Shown: positions 58,987-64,000 of the stretch, piece by piece
Layout: every line of letters begins with the position of its first letter
Position numbering within the stretch: the first letter of the stretch is position 1
Source of the DNA: Candidatus Thorarchaeota archaeon
GTDB lineage: Archaea; Asgardarchaeota; Thorarchaeia; Thorarchaeales; Thorarchaeaceae
NCBI GenBank assembly: GCA_048882325.1
Contig: JBHLRS010000001.1
Coordinates: 32,001 to 96,000 of the forward strand
Direction of reading: 5' to 3'
DNA length: 64,000 nucleotides
Made by a program: the position numbers and the translations under genes
Notes under the pieces: model-generated
What the model was told of the DNA's origin: nothing
Database searches by the model: none
Seen by the model: the letters and a program-made list of their open reading frames with translations, nothing else

Positions 58987-60288
58987 ATGTTTCGAAATGC
59001 AATGAATGGGATGGGTTTGATGAGTGATGACAGATCTCTTGAGTATCTAACTGTAAAATCATTGCACTTGGTTGAGCAGGGACGACTAGGTGAGGCTGAG
59101 TCGCTTCTTGCAACAGTTGTCAAGGAAACTCCAAATTCTGCAATACATTGGTCATTATATGCATATGTCGCAAGCTGCTTTGGCCGCAAATCTGAGTATG
59201 ACAAGGCACTCGAATCAGCAAAGAAGCTGGCCGAGAGTAATGCGGTTGTACACTTCAATATTGGAGTAGCAATGAAACGCATTAAGGACCCTTCATGGAA
59301 AGGCATGCTAAAGAAAGCAGCAAAACTTGATGACGGACTCAAGGACCAAGTAAAATCCGCAATGAAAGTTGATTATCCTACCCCTCTCATTGTATATCCA
59401 ACTGGATCTGAGGAGCTACTAGCTCAAATAGCAGAAGGTGAACCCTCAGGACCTCAGCTCTCTAAAGCAAAACCAGTTGATCACGATGTGGATGTCATTT
59501 CTGGGATGATCCGAAAAGTTAGAGGTCGTCTCTTGAGAGATGATGTAGAAGAGCGAGCAGGATATCTCATGGGTGGAGTCGTAGTACGTTTGGAAGATGT
59601 GACTCTTGAGATGAGGTATGGTCCTGAGAGCAAAGGAGAGATATATCCCGCAGGAACCATGGTCACGGTCACGATTGAGGATGGTAGAGTACCAAGAATC
59701 ATTGAGATAACAGATAATACAGAGGAACCACTTGAAGGACCTGCTTACGTTGAGGTTCCAAAGTTCTCCTACCAAGCTAGATGGCCAAAGATGTGCTGTG
59801 GTTGTGGCGAAACTCAACTGAAGCAGCTTAAACTGCAGGGTGTGAATTGGGATGCAGAGTTCACACTTCCAAAAACAGAAGTCGTTGAAGTGGCTGTTCG
59901 AAGACTCAACTGGAAACGAATTGGTGCTGTTGCTCTTACATATGTCATAGGAACGATATTTGGTGTTCAACCAGCTGTCACAAGCTCATTTGCGCTTGAG
60001 ATCTCTTCTGAGATAGAAGACAAGTACGACTATTACCTGAAAGAATTGGAAACACTCAATGAGGTTAAGATGCATCTCTCCATGAATCTCTATCTCTGCA
60101 AGGAATGTAAGAAAGAGAAGAAAGACTATGGAGCATATGTTTCAGTCACTCCTCGTGAGTTTGATGATGGCTTTCCAGCATTGATTATTGAGTTTGGTAA
60201 TGAAGTGTTCATGAGAGTCTTTCATGATCACAATCCAGGAGATATCTTTGCCACGGTCACTAGAGAGAAGATTCAGATCCTATCCTAA
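58987..60288 (+). CDS. Hypothetical protein with N-terminal TPR, split CxxC pair and one hydrophobic segment
   Basis: TPR-like GRLGEAESLLATVVKETPNSA; WPKMCCGCG...LCKEC flanking a TM-like segment. Confidence 0.6.
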   Translation: MFRNAMNGMGLMSDDRSLEYLTVKSLHLVEQGRLGEAESLLATVVKETPNSAIHWSLYAYVASCFGRKSEYDKALESAKKLAESNAVVHFNIGVAMKRIKDPSWKGMLKKAAKLDDGLKDQVKSAMKVDYPTPLIVYPTGSEELLAQIAEGEPSGPQLSKAKPVDHDVDVISGMIRKVRGRLLRDDVEERAGYLMGGVVVRLEDVTLEMRYGPESKGEIYPAGTMVTVTIEDGRVPRIIEITDNTEEPLEGPAYVEVPKFSYQARWPKMCCGCGETQLKQLKLQGVNWDAEFTLPKTEVVEVAVRRLNWKRIGAVALTYVIGTIFGVQPAVTSSFALEISSEIEDKYDYYLKELETLNEVKMHLSMNLYLCKECKKEKKDYGAYVSVTPREFDDGFPALIIEFGNEVFMRVFHDHNPGDIFATVTREKIQILS

Positions 60289-60297
60289 ACAATACAA

Positions 60298-61113
60298 TCA
60301 CTGATTTGAGAATCCACCATGATGGAACTCTATTTTGCATTGTACTTTCGTCAACGCACAGTAGCTCTCAATATCCTCTTCCATCTCATTCCACATTAAG
60401 GGTCGATTTCGAATCTTCTTATAATAGTCTTTTAACTCTGGAAATCTATTTTCAACTAGACTCATTATTCGAGAAATATTATGTGATCTGAAGTTCAGAT
60501 TTTCAAAACGAAAGTCATCTGTTGTTTGAACTGCTGCTTTTATTATCGCTTGCCAATCAGTTATCATTGGAAAGATTGGGGAAACAAAAACATATGTTGG
60601 TATTCCTGCTTGCGAGATGGTCTGCAATGCTTCAAGCCGTTCCATTGGTTTCGAAGCTCTTGGTTCAATGACTCTGCTAACTCTCTCATCAAGAGTACTT
60701 ATGGAGATTCCAATACGGATTTTTCCAAATTGTTCGAAAAGATCAATGTCTCTTGTCACCAGTTTGGATTTTGTCAATATCTGTATTGATGCCGTCGTGC
60801 CAATGAGCTTCTCTAGAACTCGCTTCGTGTTCTCGTACTTCACCTCTAAGGGTGTATATGGATCAGTAACTGAGCTAAAAAGGAGGGTTTTGCCATCGTA
60901 TTTCTCAGGTTTTATCCGACTCATATCATACTGTTTCACATCAAGAAATTCGCCCCATTGATCACCGCTATGATTGGTGAATCGTTTCATGAATTCTGCA
61001 TAGCAGTAGATACAGCCATGCTGACATCCAATGTAAGGATTAATCACAAAATCTATTCCTGGTATCCTGCTTTTTGTAATGATACTCTTTGCTGATACCC
61101 TATTGACCTTCAT
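60298..61113 (-). CDS. Radical SAM protein, spore-photoproduct-lyase-like family
   Basis: INPYIGCQHGCIYCYA, SSVTDPY.P.E, LTKS, IEP.A, SPIFP. Confidence 0.9.
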   Translation of the reverse strand: MKVNRVSAKSIITKSRIPGIDFVINPYIGCQHGCIYCYAEFMKRFTNHSGDQWGEFLDVKQYDMSRIKPEKYDGKTLLFSSVTDPYTPLEVKYENTKRVLEKLIGTTASIQILTKSKLVTRDIDLFEQFGKIRIGISISTLDERVSRVIEPRASKPMERLEALQTISQAGIPTYVFVSPIFPMITDWQAIIKAAVQTTDDFRFENLNFRSHNISRIMSLVENRFPELKDYYKKIRNRPLMWNEMEEDIESYCALTKVQCKIEFHHGGFSNQ

Positions 61114-61174
61114 CGACTTTACAAGATACAGTAGGCTTCAAAACTTTGCCTTAACAGTTTTCATATTCAATCAA

Positions 61175-61603
61175 CTATGAAACAAAGATTTTGTCAGCAA
61201 TGTGTCTGACTATGGCTCTAGTGATACCACTAACAAAACCCGTCGCAATTGTTTTGTCTAAGCATTCTATAAGTACGGGATTTTCCACCACCTTTCTGAC
61301 AAATTCATTCAGACTTTGAATAGCATGTGATGTCTGTCCCTTGAAGACATAACTAAACAAGAGTGAGGATTCATGTTTCATAATCATGGTATATTCACCA
61401 ATAGTGACACTATCAAGAGGTCTTGCGAATATCTTGTCAGTCAGAAAAACAAGGGCAGTCAAAAAACTAGAAACAAGATTTTCATTATCTTTCAGGTATG
61501 GGTGGAACTCTACAGACGCAAGATTAACACCTGTTTGGGCGGCTGAGAGAAACAGTTGAACTGGCTCTTCTTTCATGTTTTCCACGTCAGTAATTGCTAA
61601 CAT
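61175..61603 (-). CDS. Longin-like domain protein
   Basis: beta-G-beta (LFLSAAQTGVNLASVEF), helix LVSSFLTAL, strands VTIGEYTMIM / LLFSYVF, C-terminal helices. Confidence 0.65.
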   Translation of the reverse strand: MLAITDVENMKEEPVQLFLSAAQTGVNLASVEFHPYLKDNENLVSSFLTALVFLTDKIFARPLDSVTIGEYTMIMKHESSLLFSYVFKGQTSHAIQSLNEFVRKVVENPVLIECLDKTIATGFVSGITRAIVRHIADKIFVS

Positions 61604-61700
61604 TGTTCACACCTTGCCAAATGGGGTATGGGAGGAGAGAAGGAGTAGAGCCCTTCTCTGTTTGTATGAAGCTCAACTCACAACTCCTCCTAGATTTAGT

Positions 61701-63095
61701 TCACAGTCTGGTGGATGCTGTTGTTGTTATCCGATCCAACCTCCCAGTCAGTGCAGACCAGAACAATAGATAGCTTACCACAACCCAACCGTAGCCATAG
61801 TCAATTCCTGCAAGTCCAATCACAATTGGAGGCAATCTGATGACGAAGAAGAGGATTATTGCAATAGCTACTCCCAAGGGTTTTAGACTACCAGAAGCAC
61901 CACTTTTTCTCATACGCCTCCAAACTCCGAGGAATATCACGGAAGGCAACAACATAATCCCAATGGTCGGGAGAATGATGTATAGGAGATCCAGGAACGC
62001 TTGGCCAATACTTGTTGGATAAGCTTGACCGATAAGTAATGAGATCGGTGCATAGACAATCATAGGTCCTAATGCCGCACTCCTCCACCCAGCAGCATAA
62101 ATGGCTCCCACTGAGAGGAATGTCAATGCGTATCCAGTAAGGATGAATTCTATGTAAATCCCAAGTGGATCCGGAAACATCGAGAGGTTCTGAAGCATCC
62201 CCGTCATCTGTCCAATTCCTAACATAAAGAACGCAATCATGAACATGAGCGTAGGAATCTGCTTTGTTTCAGCCCACCTACCAAAGAGATATGATGCTGT
62301 TCCTATTGACAGGAGAATTGCTACTGCTCCCATCGATGTGATGCTCAAGAGGAAGAAGTCTGATGTGAACCCTGCTGATTGGATACTGACAAGAATAAGC
62401 ACTGGAAATGCAAAAGAGGCTCCATAACCAACCAGTTCAAAAGTGATTTTCTGGTCCGGTCGCAAGAATGTGAAGACAACCATTGCGGGACCCATTAGTG
62501 CTATGAATAAGGTTACTAATGACTCAGGTCCAATGAGCAAGTCGAAGTAAAGTACCGGAAGACCAGCTATTTGGGCAATGAGTGCAAAGGCGAGAGATGC
62601 ACTTGTTCCACGCTTGGTCTCTCGTGTTATGTAGACAAACAATCCTCCCACAACAATGAGAATTACTGATGGAAATAGAACTCCTATCAGTAGTAGGAAA
62701 TCCCCTGTCTGCGGATACATTTCTGCGAGTGCAAACAGCAAAACCGAAACAAGTCCAGTTGATGCTGGAATGGAATAGAATTGTCTTGCATTCAGAATCA
62801 TCGCTGCGGCTACACCTAACAAAACCACCTCTACAGCTGATGCAGCGTAAAAGGCATAATAGGTGTCAACCAAGATGGCTTGTCCAATTGTTTCTTCGAT
62901 GAATGTTGCCATTGCACCAAGGCTAAGGACAACAAAACCGACTGCGACAACGTATAGTGGTCGAAAAGCTTTTCGAGACTCTGAATCCATTCCAGCAGAT
63001 TTGGATCTGCTGTACATGATAATGGTCAGAGCAGCCACTAAAGTTGCCAATCCAAGATAGAGTTGAGTTGTTTCATATATTCCCATAGCTAACAC
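61701..63095 (-). CDS. Polytopic membrane protein, about 15 TM, apparently two 7TM units joined by a linker helix
   Basis: 15 hydrophobic segments counted by eye; PSVI motif in both TM5 and TM13. Confidence 0.65.
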   Translation of the reverse strand: MLAMGIYETTQLYLGLATLVAALTIIMYSRSKSAGMDSESRKAFRPLYVVAVGFVVLSLGAMATFIEETIGQAILVDTYYAFYAASAVEVVLLGVAAAMILNARQFYSIPASTGLVSVLLFALAEMYPQTGDFLLLIGVLFPSVILIVVGGLFVYITRETKRGTSASLAFALIAQIAGLPVLYFDLLIGPESLVTLFIALMGPAMVVFTFLRPDQKITFELVGYGASFAFPVLILVSIQSAGFTSDFFLLSITSMGAVAILLSIGTASYLFGRWAETKQIPTLMFMIAFFMLGIGQMTGMLQNLSMFPDPLGIYIEFILTGYALTFLSVGAIYAAGWRSAALGPMIVYAPISLLIGQAYPTSIGQAFLDLLYIILPTIGIMLLPSVIFLGVWRRMRKSGASGSLKPLGVAIAIILFFVIRLPPIVIGLAGIDYGYGWVVVSYLLFWSALTGRLDRITTTASTRL

Positions 63096-63098
63096 ATC

Positions 63099-63542
63099 CT
63101 AAAACACAGTTTTTCCCCAGTCGCTAGCGGATTTCTTAGCCTTTTCAACCTGCGACTCGGTCCATTCCTTCACACTCTCAGTTACCTCTGCAGAAGCTTC
63201 CTTATCATCCGAGAATAGCTCTCTCATCAAGGCGAGAGTACCATCATCGAACTGCCCACCATTCTCTTGAATCAGTTTGACTACTTCCTGGTTTGCAGCT
63301 AATGCGCTTGCCTCATTGGCTTCATGGAGTGTGACGATATGGTATTCATCGGAATTGCCAATCAGCAGTTTCATGTCTCCAAAGCGGAGTTCTTCCACTC
63401 TTGTGCCACCAGCGATCTTCTTGATGAACATCTGCACAGCTGACACAAAACCTCCAAACAGGGTGACGTCACCCTCTAGGTGTTCCCACCCAACCGATGC
63501 AACGGTTTCCCCTGCTTGGTTCACCAACATAATGCCGTACAT
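63099..63542 (-). CDS. Longin-like domain protein
   Basis: GIMLVNQAGETV, D.TLFGGFVSAVQMF, VEELRFGDMKLLI pattern typical of Asgard longin/roadblock-type proteins. Confidence 0.7.
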   Translation of the reverse strand: MYGIMLVNQAGETVASVGWEHLEGDVTLFGGFVSAVQMFIKKIAGGTRVEELRFGDMKLLIGNSDEYHIVTLHEANEASALAANQEVVKLIQENGGQFDDGTLALMRELFSDDKEASAEVTESVKEWTESQVEKAKKSASDWGKTVF

Positions 63543-63590
63543 TTCGTTTTTCTCCGATTGATAGCTAACTGTGTTATCATGATCAAGTTG

Positions 63591-63860
63591 TTACAATGAA
63601 CTGAACCAGTCCTCCGTCTTCTCGATGGCATCCTTTTTGCCATCATCTTCCCCTGAAGTTCCCAAAGCAGCTTCAACGTCCCTGATTTTGAATTGACCAT
63701 CCACGAACAAGACAAGTGTATGATTTTTCGAGCAGCTCGTCGTGACCATTGCAGGCAAACGTTTAGCTTTCTTTATCGAATCTTCATCAACATCAACTTT
63801 TACTAGAGTTCCGTCTTTGCATTCTGGACATGTGAATGGACTCAATGACACTTTCGCCAT
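63591..63860 (-). CDS. Small Zn-binding protein (CxxC...CxxxH)
   Basis: FTCPEC...CSKNHTLVLFVDGQFKIRDVE. Confidence 0.7.
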   Translation of the reverse strand: MAKVSLSPFTCPECKDGTLVKVDVDEDSIKKAKRLPAMVTTSCSKNHTLVLFVDGQFKIRDVEAALGTSGEDDGKKDAIEKTEDWFSSL

Positions 63861-63863
63861 TTT

Positions 63864-64000
63864 TTACACCCCTTCTAGATGCTCTTTGATTAGTCCCTGA
63901 GCAATGAGATCAAACATATCTGAAATTCCCTCACCCGTTTTTGCTGAAACCTCTACACAATGAGCACCATAATTCTGTGCGAACACTACTCCGTCCTCGT
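63864..64000 (-). CDS. Rab/Ras-superfamily small GTPase, C-terminal 44 aa only (truncated by the window; absent from the ORF track)
   Basis: Manual translation from 63998: EDGVVFAQNYGAHCVEVSAKTGEGISDMFDLIAQGLIKEHLEGV*, with G5 motif EVSAKTGEGI..F. Confidence 0.85.
   Translation of the reverse strand, partial: EDGVVFAQNYGAHCVEVSAKTGEGISDMFDLIAQGLIKEHLEGV

Noticed and set aside
1-64000. Many 60-175 aa antisense or nested ORFs; also searched by eye for tRNA, rRNA, inteins and in-frame UGA selenoprotein candidates
   Set aside because: Shadow ORFs lie within well-supported genes; no RNA-gene, intein or Sec signatures were recognised, though a by-eye search can miss them

Overview
Gene-dense archaeal chromosome segment, most likely from an Asgard archaeon, plausibly Thorarchaeia (inferred from gene content, not from a phylogeny). 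It carries archaeal housekeeping genes (mat, trpS, glyS, coaD, class II HMG-CoA reductase, ferritin, AlaX, Nre-like) and several eukaryote-signature-like proteins. I found no rRNA, tRNA, CRISPR array or transposase. Main points: (1) at the right edge, a co-oriented cluster of a Rab-like small GTPase (missed by the ORF track), a Zn-binding protein, a longin-like protein, a 15-TM protein with apparent 7+1+7 topology, and a second longin-like protein, which is a candidate membrane-receptor/GEF/GTPase signalling system; (2) a convergent pair of alpha- and gamma-SNAP-like genes, one fused to Ig-like domains; (3) a CINP-like gene after a motif-degenerate Hel308-like helicase; (4) a candidate unannotated structured RNA at about 36.94-37.07 kb with its own TATA box and terminator; (5) a 2241-aa surface glycoprotein with a structured leader, next to a 912-aa SpoIIM-domain membrane protein; (6) probable non-canonical CTG/ACG start codons, and bacterial-style hairpin+U terminators throughout. 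All family calls come from motif recognition by eye; no searches were run.
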